Program-made: the position numbers and the translations under genes
In this document: in pieces, positions 37,401 to 49,400 of the stretch
How positions within the stretch are numbered: the stretch's first letter is position 1
How the letters are laid out: each line of letters begins with the position of its first letter
NCBI GenBank assembly: GCA_977017645.1
Contig: OZ360223.1
Span: 29,140,001 to 29,204,000 of the forward strand
Reading direction: 5' to 3'
Length of the DNA stretch: 64,000 nt
Source: Torpedo marmorata
Lineage: Eukaryota
The notes under the pieces: generated by a model
Told to the model about the DNA's origin: nothing
The model's input: the letters and a program-made list of their open reading frames with translations, nothing else
Databases searched by the model: none

Positions 37401-40400
37401 GGGTGGATGTAGGTGGGAGAGGGAAGAAAAGAAAGGAGCCAAGTGGTGGTTGGGAGGAGGGGAAGGGCCAGAGAGCTAAGAAAGACTCTCTGATAGGAGG
37501 AATGAAGGGAAGAGGATGGGGGACTGGTAGAAGGAAGGTGTGGGTGACAGGTAGGGAGGGTGGGGGAGAGGAAAAAGAAAGCAGAATTGGTCAGAGACCA
37601 GGGAAAGCATGGGGGGGGGGGAAGCTGTGGCCTCAACCTGGCTATACATTAGGCCATGGACAGACAATTTCCATCATCTACAACCAGATGATCTCACCAC
37701 CAGACACCTCTTGCCCTGCTTCCGCTCATCTCTCTGGCCCCATTCTCCTCGTCTTTTCCTTCTCTCCCCCTCCCCCAACATCCCTACCTGCTTGTCACCT
37801 TCTACCTATCAGTGTGTCTTTCTCAGCCCACTACTCCTTCCCCCATCACCTCTTGGCTCCTTTTCATTCTCCTCTCACCTGTATTCACCTGCTAGCGGGT
37901 GCTCCTTCCCCTTCCAGCACTGCCCCACCCTTTCATTCAGATGTCCATGGTTCTTGCTATTCCTGATGGAAGGGTTTTTGGCACAAAACATCTGTTGCTT
38001 TCCATGGATGCTGCCTGATCTGCTGAGTTCCTTCAGTACTTTGTGTGTTGCTCCAGTCTTCCAGCATCTGCAGACGTCTTGTTTACCTCTTGCCGTGAGT
38101 TTTTTTTCCACTAACATTCTTCCTAACTTCTGCTTGGTATCTACTTGTATTCTTGTTTCAAATTATGTTCCTGCAATGTACAAGAGAATTAACGTTTATA
38201 GAATTAAACAGTTGATTAACTATCTTTGAATCCGATATTGCATTTTTGCTGCATATATGGTGAGATGCAATCAGTGAGCAAAATTGCAAACATCTGCTTC
38301 AAACGTGCATTTCATGGAGGGCCTAACTGAATCTGCTTCATGTCTGTAACTGTCAATTGATCCTCCACATTTGTTCTTGCCATGCACACCTACGCTGTTT
38401 GCTATAACCAGACCAAAAAAAGGCAGTTAGATAGCTAGGAGCAAGGTCATGGAGAAATTTGAGATTTGTAAATGGAAATATTGATATATATACCCACCTG
38501 GATGGCACGTGCTTCATATTTAACGTACAAGTTGAGTTCTCTTAACAGCATGGGACTGAGTGATTCTAAATTAATGGAGGTTCCCCCATGACCAAAGAAC
38601 CCTCTAAGCCATGGGAGGCCAACCTTTTAATTTTTAATTTAGACATACAGCACAGTAACAGGCCATTTCGGCCCACGAGTCCGTAACTTACACCCCCGGT
38701 ACGTACTCGTGGGCCGAAATGACCTGTTACCGTGCTGTATGTCTAAATTAAAAGGTTGGCCACCCCTGCTCTAAGCAGACCTGAATGGATAAATCACCTA
38801 TTCTTAAGACTGTAGTATTTTGACATTCAGCAACCCCATGTACTATTGTAATGTACACCAGGAATGCTGCATTCACCACCCTTTGTCAGTTCATGCAAAC
38901 AGTGTTTGGAATGAAAAGTAACTGAAATGGTTCAGGATTCTTACAGCTTTAAAAACTTAAATCACCAAAGTTAATGTTACAGTTTTATAAAAGTCCAGTG
39001 CATTAATTGAGGGACATGTTAGTAAGGAATATTGATTTAAGTTGTTAAGTTTGTAAAAACACTTTATTTAAGATGAATGATTTTGAATTGGGAACATGGA
39101 ACTAATCATCAAAATTTTAAAATGCTAAACTGGGGATTAATAACAAACACTGATCAAGAATGTAGGAAGACATGAGCAAACTTGTGAAAAATGAACTTGA
39201 TTTTGCTAGAAAAATGTCTTGGCTGCAGCTCAGTAAGAAGCAGGGGAGATGAGAAAAGAAACTAGGGTTGCAGGATCAAATTGCTGATTCTGTCTACCCT
39301 TCTGTTGGATCTAATGCAGAGCTGCGGATTAGGAGGCAAAAGGGATGATACTTTTTAAGTTGATATTGACAGTAAAAATTAAAGATTGATAGAGTGCACA
39401 GAAGATTTACTAGAATATTGCCGGGACTTCAGGAACTGAGTAACACGGAAAGGTTAAACGGGTTAGGACTTTATTCCCTGGAGCGTAGAAGACTGAGGGG
39501 AGATTTGATAGAGGTATACAAAATTATATGGGGTGTATGTAGAGTAAATGCAAGTAGGCTTTTTCCACTGAGGTTGGGTGAGATACAAACCAGAGGACAT
39601 GGGTTAAGGGTGAAAGGGGAGTTTAGGGGGAACTTCTTCACACAGAGAGTAGTGGGAGTGTGGAACGAGCTGCCATCTGAAGTGGTGAATGCGGGCTCAA
39701 TTTTTTTTACATTTAAGAAAAATTTGCATAGGTACATGGATGGGAGGGGTATGGAGGGCTATGGACTGGGTGCAGGTCAGTAGGACTAGGCAGAATAATA
39801 GTTTGGTACAGACTAGAAGGGCCAAAGGTCCTGTTTTCTGTGTTGTAATATTCTATGGTTCTTTCTATGGTCCTATTAAGTGCTTCAGTTTTAATGTCTC
39901 TGCTTGTATAAGACATTTAAATATTAAAAATAATTTGCAGTGTTTATAGCTGGCAATAGAATTATCTGAATAGAATTCTGAAGTGACTAAATTGCCTGTG
40001 TGAAATGGTGAATATCACTCCCCCTTTTTTAACCTTTGACTTTAAAACTCAGACTGTATTCCTTTATGAAAAAGCATTTAGAATGATTATTTCTTTTCAG
40101 GGTAGCATCAGAACATGTCATGATTTGGGTAATTTCCTCATGTAATTTGTGTATTAATTTAGCTAAAGCATTTGATTTATGAAGGGCAATGTATTGTAGT
40201 GGAATGATAAAATTGTCTTGAACACATACAGTCCACGTTATCTTTGCTTTTCTTGTCCTGTGGATAGATGCACAAGATTAATGAGACTAGTTGAGTTAAT
40301 TTGGTTGGTTAAATCTATGAATCTGGCTGCTAATCTTATCAGGCTATGCTTTATGTAATCTTGGTTTCAGATTTCTTTTTCTATCCTACTTACTGAATCT

Positions 40401-43400
40401 GTTTTTAAAACAAAGGTTAATCTGTACAGTTTAATTACAATCAAAATGTGTTTTTTCTTGCAGGAACAAATATCACCTTGGTTGCACACTCCAAAAGTGT
40501 GGGCAATTGCTTGGATGCAGCTGCTGCTCTTGCAAAGGAAGGTATTGATTGTGAGGTAGGTGACTGAAAAGAATGTCTCGTTTATGAAAGCTGAAATCAA
40601 GTTCAAGTTTATTATCATCCAGTTGCACAAGTACAACCCAGCAAAACAGCGTTCTCCAGTCCTCGGTGGAAAACATGCAGACATACAACCAGACATAACA
40701 CACATACAGACTAACAATACATATGCAGGACAAACATGCATATATAAAAAATATATATATATTTGTTAGTAAATATTAGTTTGAGCAGTTCCTTTGGTCA
40801 TTCAGCATTCTCACTGCCCGCGGGAAGAAGCTGTTCCTCAGCCTGGTGATCCTGGCTCTACTCCTGTATCTCTTTCCTGACGAGAGTAGTTGAAAGATGT
40901 GTGCGGGGAGGTAGGGGTCCTCAACGATTTTACGCACCCTATTCAGACAATGATCCCAGTAGATCACTTCGATGTGGGGAGGGGAGACCCCAGTGATCAT
41001 CTCTGACACTCTTGTGGTCCTGTGGATTACCTCCGATCCAATTCTCCACAGCAACCGTACCACACTGTGATGCAGCCGGCCAGGACGCTCTTAATAGAGC
41101 TCCTGTAGAAGGTTGACATGATGGTGGCCGGTAGCCTTGCCCGCTTCAGTCTTCTCAGGAAGTGCAGTCGCTGTTGTGCCTTCCTGACAAGTGAGCTGCT
41201 GTGTGTCCACAACAGGTCACTTGTTAAGTGGACTCCAAGGAACTTGGTGCTCTCCACTACTGAGTTATTTGATGTGTAGTGGAGGGTGGTCTTTCCTGGT
41301 CCTCCTGAAGTCCAAGATTATCTCCTTCATCTTGTCCTCGTTGAGACTCGGGTTGTTATTCTCGCACCATTTCACGAGATTTTCCACCTTTTCTCTATAG
41401 TGCAACTCATCGTTGTTGCTGATGAGGGCAACTACTGTTGTGTCATCTGCAAACTTGATGACTGTTCGAGCTGGATCTGGCGATGCAGTCGTGGGTCAGT
41501 GGCATGAACAGGAGCAGGCTGAGCACACAGCCCTGAGGTGCACCTTTTTTCAGCATGATGGTGCTTGATATTCTGCTACCGACCCAGACAGACTGTGGTC
41601 CTTCCGTTGGGAAGTCCAGAATCCAGTTAAAGAGAGGGGTGTTGAGTCCCATTGAGGACAGCTTCTCCATCAGCCATCTACTTTACATCTGAGGTCGATG
41701 AATAGTAGCCTGGCATATGAGGCTTTTTTCTCCAGGTGGGTCAGGGCAGAGTGAAGGTATAGCATCATCATTGGAACGGTTTCTTCTACAGGCGAATTGA
41801 AATGGCTCCAGCGTCTCTGGGAGGTGTGCTTTGATGCGTGCCATCACCAGATGCTCGAAATATTTCATAATGGTGGAGGTCAGTGCCACGAGACGGTAGT
41901 CATTGTCGCCCTCTTTGGTACCAGGATGATGGATCAAAAAATGCTTTAAACGTGCTATTTTTCATCTTCATACAGCCCCAACTGTATGCTATGGTTTCCG
42001 TTTTTTTATCGTATCACCACTTCCCTTCAATATCTAAATGGTCAGATGATTGCATCCAGTAGTAGATGAGCAGAATTTGCCTCCAATTAAATCATAGGAA
42101 AACTGGATGCTTAATGTTTGTTCAGTCATGCATTTCTTTCTATAGCTGCTGACTCCATTTCTCTTCATGGGGACTGTTATTAACCTATAGTATGTGTCAC
42201 ATTTGACCCTGAGTTCACTTTGGACTACATGGTGTTTCAATCCTCTGTAGCACTCCGCCTCTGCTGATTTGCAGCTGAAATGCTCATCCGTCTTTGTGCC
42301 TGCAAGATTATTCCAGTGAATAATGGTTCATTCATTATTTGTCAATTTTAAATTGATGCATTCTACGTGTCAGGGAAGAGATCCCAACTGTAAGAGCCGT
42401 AGGCTTGATTACTTACCTTGGTCGTGGCGCTCCGATGGTCTCGGCGGGTTTCAGAGGACTTGCGGAGGCTGGTAGGCCATACTAGGCCTATTTGGTACTC
42501 TGCGCATGCGCTAGAGTGCCGACGGGCGCATGCGCAGTTGGGAAGTGACGGCAGTATGCGTGGTGGAGTATGCGCAGTGAGCATGCGCGAATCGGGGAAG
42601 AAAGTACAGAAAAAGATGGCGGCTTAGAGGAGGGTGAGTGAGATCGCCATATCTTTCATTGACCGTTTCATTGAACGTTTTAAAGACATTTAAATGACAT
42701 TTAAAGGAATCGTTTAAAGGAATTTATTAAGCATCGTTATCAAGATTTCTTTATTTTGTTTAAAGAAGATATTTAAGTCATTGAAGATTGCTACAAGTCA
42801 CGTGTGTAAATAAAGTTCGGATGAAGAAAATGGAGAGGATGGAGGAAATGAAGGGGATGGAGGAAATGGAGAGGATGAAGAGGCAAAGGATGCACAATTC
42901 GAATTGGTGAAAGGTAAGAATGAAGACAACCATATGACGTGCAGGACGAAATACAAGCATGTGACAGTGTCTCAAATGCTGAAAGCAGGAGAAGCAAACG
43001 AAGTTCTGGTTCGAGCTCCAGAGTTTCTCGTACTTCAAGTTCTGCATCGGCATGTACAAAGATTGAAGATGACTTGGCCGCTCTTGCACAACAAAAAACG
43101 CTTAAGGATAAACATATTTTTGAACAAAAGGAGGAGCAGATAAGACAAAAGGAGGAGAAGCTAAGACAAAAGGAGGAGCAGCTAAGGCAAGAGAAGGAAC
43201 AGTTAAGGCAGAGAAGGAACAGCAGGAGCTGGAAGCAAACATTACTATTGCCAAGGCAAAAAAGGAAAGCAATAGAAGGCTCAATGGTATCTGCTGCTTG
43301 AAGTAAATTATCTAAAGTGTCTGATAATAAAAGGTCATATTTTAAAAAAAAGAGTCACAGGACAAGAAACCAAAAGGGTAGATATTTTAGCACCAGGGGT

Positions 43401-46400
43401 ACAAGACTTGCAAATACAAGGACAAATCCTTCAAGAGCATATTGGTATCGAGTCACATGTACCAGTGGTAACATCTGAAGACAAAGCTGCGGTTTGGGTT
43501 CGGTCGAATGTTGCAGCTTCGTTGTCATTTGAGTCAAGCATCGGAAATATGGGAAAGACTATACCAGTGAGGTTTCCAGATACATTACCTGCAACAAGAG
43601 AAGGTGAACAGAGCAATGTATTGTCATCCAAGGGAAGACTAAATGAAATTGCTGCATCATTGATTCAGTTACAGTCTCTCTACCCAAGAAAGAGATACAA
43701 ACTTTTGATGGTGATCCACTTCAGTACCAATCATTTATGAGATCTTTCAAATGCAATATTGAAAATAAATGCCAAGATCACGATGAATGTCTTTATTATT
43801 TGGAAATGTTCACAAAGGGACATCCAAAAGAACTTGTAAAGAGTTGTCAACATATGTCCTCAGACAGAGGATTAGACAGAGCTAAATCTTTATTAGAACA
43901 ACATTTTGGCAACAAGCATCAAATTGCTTTAGCTGGTATGGATAAATTTCATAAATGGACATCAATAAAACAAAATGATGGAAAGGCTCTACAAGCATAT
44001 ACTCTATTTTTAAGAGGATGTTGTAATGTCTTGGAAGATATCGATAATATTCGTGAGCTAGAAGTGCCTGGTAATATGCGAATCATCTTAGAAAAATTAC
44101 CTTACAAGTTGTGGGATAGATGGAGAAATTTGGCTTGTGATTTACAAGAAAATTACGGTCAAAGAGCTACCTTAAAGGATTTGGTAAATTTTCTTGAACG
44201 ACGGGTGTACATTGAAACAGATCCAATATATGGAAATACCAGAGACAATTCAATGGGCAAAGATGTAAGGAGGTCTAACTCACAGCCTAGTCCGAAATTG
44301 AAAAGGAGTACTTTTGCTACTAATGTGTCAGTTATAAATAAAGGACAAAGTAAATAAGGAAATTGCCTGATGAGAAGAGTTGTTTGTTCTGTAAAGGTGG
44401 ACATGCTTTTGAAATGTGTTTATGGTTGGAAAAGAAGGAACATAATGAGAAGATCGCTTTCTTAAAGGAAAATGGAATATGTTTTAGCTGTCTGTGTAAA
44501 GGGCACATCAGTAAAAACTGCGAGAAGTGAATTAATTGTAACATATGCAATTTGAAACATCCTAGAATGTTGCATATCCATCAAAGAAACAAGGAATTGG
44601 AAAAGGAGCAAACAGAAACAAAGGAAACAACAGAAAACAATGTTATAACCTCGGTTCAGACAAGTGGTCTTACTGGGGCCGGTGTGGATAACTGCAAACT
44701 TTCAATAGTGCCTGTACAAGTCAGGACCCAAGAAAGGGGATGCAACAGTACATACATATGCATTTCTAGACCCAGGCAGCACTGCATCTTTTTGCACGGA
44801 AGGACTAATGAACAAACTTAATATTCAAGGAAGAAGGTCAAGAAGTATGTTGAAAACCATGGGACAAGAAAAGGTCGTTGAAACCAGCATTGTTTCAGGC
44901 TTAGAGGTTGCTGGATTGGATGACAAGAAATTTTGTGATCTTCCAAGTTTATATATTCAGAAGACTATGCCTGTGCATAAAGGAAACATTCCTCATCAAA
45001 ATGATATTAAACGGTGATCATATCTGAAAAATGTTTGTCTACCTGAAGTTAATTTTGAAATAGAAATGTTGATTGGTTCAGATGTGCCAAAGGTTTTGGA
45101 ACCACGAGAAGTAATATGGAGTAGAGGGAATGGAACCTATGCTGTTAGAACCAAGCTTGGTTGGACAATCAATGGACCATTGGAAAGAAATAATAATATT
45201 GCTCAGGAACAGTTAGCGATAAATATTAATAGGATTTCGGTTGTGAAAGTTGATGAGTTAAGGGAGGAGCAAAAGACTGTGAATAAGAAAATCACTTTTG
45301 AAAAAAAGAAAACATCAATGTGAAAATAAATCAAAGGTATTTAAAACAACATTGAAGGAATTATGTTCATCAGAAATGGATAAGAATGAAGTATTATAAG
45401 ATGTTACAAATAATACTAGTGATTATTCATGTGTAATTGAATCAGATACAGGAACAAAACAAGTGACTGAGAACAAATCTGATAGTAGATTTTGTAGTTC
45501 AGAGGTTACAACAAAGTCAATGAAGAAATGTTACAATGTGATGTAAAACTGGAGAACACAGAAAATTGTGCTGATGGAATAAAGAAGAATGTGAATGATA
45601 ATTTAATGCAATTGAATTCAGAAAACAATGTTGAAATGGGAATTGGAAATAGTAGATAATCATGAAAACAGTAAACAGAAAGATTTAATTAAGTAAAATT
45701 CGCAAAGTCAGAAAGCGGAAGAAAAGAATGACTGCTGAAGAAATAAATAGTTATTGAGGAAAGAGATTCAGCATTATCAAAATGTAAAAGGTTGGAGGAA
45801 GAGATTAATATTTTGAAAGAGAACAAGTTATTGGTTAATAACACAAAACAGTTGATTATAAAAAAACAATCAAGAATGTAAATTGAATGTTCAGCTATTA
45901 ACAATGCAGAAAGAAAGTGATATTGCATTGCAGAAATGTAACAAGCAAGATGAAGAAATTAAAAAATTTCAAGTTTACCACAGCAGGGTTGACAATAGAA
46001 ATACCAATGTATCACATGATATTTTGACTTCAGATCAAGTTATTAATTTCTCGGAAGGAACTGAGACTGAATTGAAAGTTACAAAATTGGATTTGGAATT
46101 GCAGGAAAAGGCAATAGAAAACAGAGTGGTTAAAGAGACTCATTTATTAAAATCGAGAGAATCAGATAAATATTCAAATTCTAGTTCTAAGAGTTTAAAT
46201 TCTTCACGTGAGAATTGGAATACTGAAGAAAGGAATAAAGTGAAACGACATGCTGAAGAAGTGCCTCGTGTTAAGTTCAAAAGAAAAACTATCTATTTTG
46301 ACTGAGGAAGATTTGAGGTTTACTGGTTGACGTTTTAACTCAAAGATTCTGGAGATAAAAGAACGTTGAGGAGATATTGTAATTATCATGGATGATTCAG

Positions 46401-49400
46401 CTACTCGAAACTCCTGGTTACTTGGAAAAATTATTGAGACTATTCAGGACAAAAGGGGATTTGTGCGTCAAGTTCAAATTAAAACTAAGACCGGCTTTCT
46501 AAATAGACCTATAAACAAGGTCTGCCTTCTGTTGGAGATGGAGGAACTTTGATAAATACAAACTGACTTTATTTGTTGTTGTATATTTCACAGGTTACAG
46601 ACTTTTGTTGATTCAGAGTTATGGTAAACTCTGGTTTTATGAAGAAAGAAGATTTGTATATTGTTTGAATGTTATATGGTTATTGTTATTTGTAATTGAT
46701 TGTGTAATTATTATTTAAGACATTGCGTCTAATTATAATAATTAGGGGCCGGTGTAAGAGCCGTAGGGTTGATTACTTACATTGGTCGCGGTGCTCCGAT
46801 GGTCTCGGCGGGTTTCGGAGGACTTGCGGAGGTTGGTGGGCCATGCTAGGCCTATTTAGTACTCTGCGCATGCGCTAGAGTGCCGACAGGCGCATGCGCA
46901 GTTGGGAAGTGACGGCAGTATGCACGGTGCTGTATGTGCGGTGAAATATGCGCAGTGAGCATGCGCGAATCGGGGAAGAAAGTACAGAAAAAGATGGCGA
47001 CTTAGAGGAGGGTGAGTGAGATCGCCATATCTTTCATTGACCATTTCATTTAAAGTTTTAAAGACATTTAAATGACATTTAAAGAAATCGTTTAAAAGGA
47101 ATCATTTAAAGGAATTTATTAAGCATCGTTATCAAGAATTCTTTATATTTCATTTAAAGAAGATATTTAAGTCATTGAAGATTGCTACAAGTCACGTGTG
47201 TAAATAAAGTTTTTTTTTAACTTATTGGACTTGTTCGTAAATTAATTGAAACGCGTCAAGAACAAGTATCTCACCTCGCCTCCAAGTGACTATTTGTTGG
47301 ATTGAAGTCACTATACCAACTATACAAAGATTTCATTGTCATGGTAGTGCAGCCATGTGATTGATAAATCTAAGGCATTTGACAAAAGGTGAACGAGCTG
47401 ATTAATTAAAGACTTTCAGAAATATGTCTCTTGAAATTGCAGTTTTAGATCTTGCCTACCAACGCATAAAACTGATCCCAATTGTTTTAAGACTTGTTTA
47501 TGTCAAGTTATCATGTATCTGGCAATAATTGTTTAGTTAAGCAGCTGTTTCAGAAAATTCTTTGCACTGCTTCCTCAAGAACAGTGGTTTTCAAACTTTT
47601 TCTTTCCACTCACATACCACCTTAAGTAATCCCTATGCCTTAGGTGCTCTGTGATGAGTAAGGGATTAATTAAGGTGATATGTGAGTGGGAAAAAAAGGT
47701 TGAGAACCACTGCTCTAGACCCAATTGTTACTGAAATATTTTGCTTGAGAAAAATTATCATTGGCCCATTTCCTTTGGAGTTATGAAACCGTGCACATAA
47801 CGAGTCAATTAGTTAAACAGTGGTTTTCAAACTTTTTCTTTCCACTCACATACCACCTTAAGTAATCCCTTACTAATCACAGAGCACCTCTGGCATAGGG
47901 ATTACTTAAGGTGGTATGTGAGTGGAAAGAAAAAGTTTGAAAACCACTGCTCTAGAAGCTTGTGGAATCTTGTACAGGCAGTCCCTGGGTTGAAAACGTC
48001 CGATTTACGAACAACCCGTAGTTACGAACCGACAAGCCGGCCGGAAGGAGAATGACGTCTACTTCTGGTTCGAACGGAGCTCGCTTTCCATTGGCTGGCT
48101 TTAAGATATCTGCTGAATGAAATTTCTGCACAGCAGGTTTCTAATTAGTATAGCTGTTAGCCAAGCTTTGGTGAAGAATATCCAGTATCTGACATACGTA
48201 CATCTGAAGTCATAGTATTGTGTGATAGATTACCATTGTCTCCTCGATCGTCAGGCGGCCGGTGACGCGCATCCGCTGTCAGGCTACGCCGCATGCACCC
48301 TGGGCAAAGCGGAGGGCGAGGGGACGAGCGGCCCGGCGGAGGGAGGGAGAAGCAGAAGCAGCAGCAGCGTGCGCCATCGCGACGCCGCTGTCAGGCTATG
48401 CTGCACACAGCCTGGGCAAAGCGGGCAGGCGAGGGGACAAGCAGCCCGGCGGGAGGAAGGGAGAGAAGAAGAAGCAGCAGCATGCGCCATCGCGGCGCCT
48501 CCGGAACCGTCACAGCTCGGCCCCGCAAAATGACAGCCCGGCCTTAAAGTGCGATTGCGCCACCGAGGGGGGAGCGAGGAGCGAGCGAAGGAGCCGGGCG
48601 CGGTTCGGAAGGAGCGAAGATGCGGGAGGGCCATGGGGTACCTGTACTGTAGCCATCTCTCCATCTTCTGCAAGTGTTAACGTTTAATCATGATTTATGA
48701 CCGTATGTAGTTACTTTTATTATTGCGTACAGTATATATGCTTATAAAGGTAAAATATATGCATATAAAGGTAAAATATATACTATATATTCTAAGATAA
48801 ACATTTGACTAACTGACGCTAAATAAGGACCGTATCTACCTGTTCCGACACATACAAATTCGAATTAAAGACAGACCTAGGTAACGGAACTCGTTTTTAA
48901 CCCGGGGACTGCCTGTATATAGCATTCATTGTTGCTTGTCGTTCAGTCTTTTCACCCAAGAATGGTAGTGTGAAATTGTATATACGGTGCCATCTATTTC
49001 CATTTGCAATTGATGGTCCCTTTTCCAGAAATGTATCAATGAAATGAATTGTACCATTTCAGGTCATTAATATGCGTACCATCAGACCCTTGGACATTGA
49101 AACTATCGAAGCTAGTGTGATGAAGACCAGTCATTTGATAACAGTTGAGGGTGGTTGGCCACAATTTGGAGTGGGTGCTGAAGTCTGTGCCAGAATCATG
49201 GAAGGTAAAGTACTAACATATGTAGAGGATGTAATAGTTTCCCAATTTACTGAACATGGAATTAATAAATAATTAAAATGTCTCCAATAAGTTTATGACG
49301 TGTGCTAATATAGTTATTTGAACTACAACTTTTTTTTTTTTTTTTTGCAGTACTCTTGAATTATAATACAATATTTCATTTTAGGCCCAGCATTTAATTA

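Noticed and set aside
48222-48687. Several 85-140 aa ORFs
   Set aside because: Low-complexity GC-rich interior of a TIR element; no transposase or other motifs
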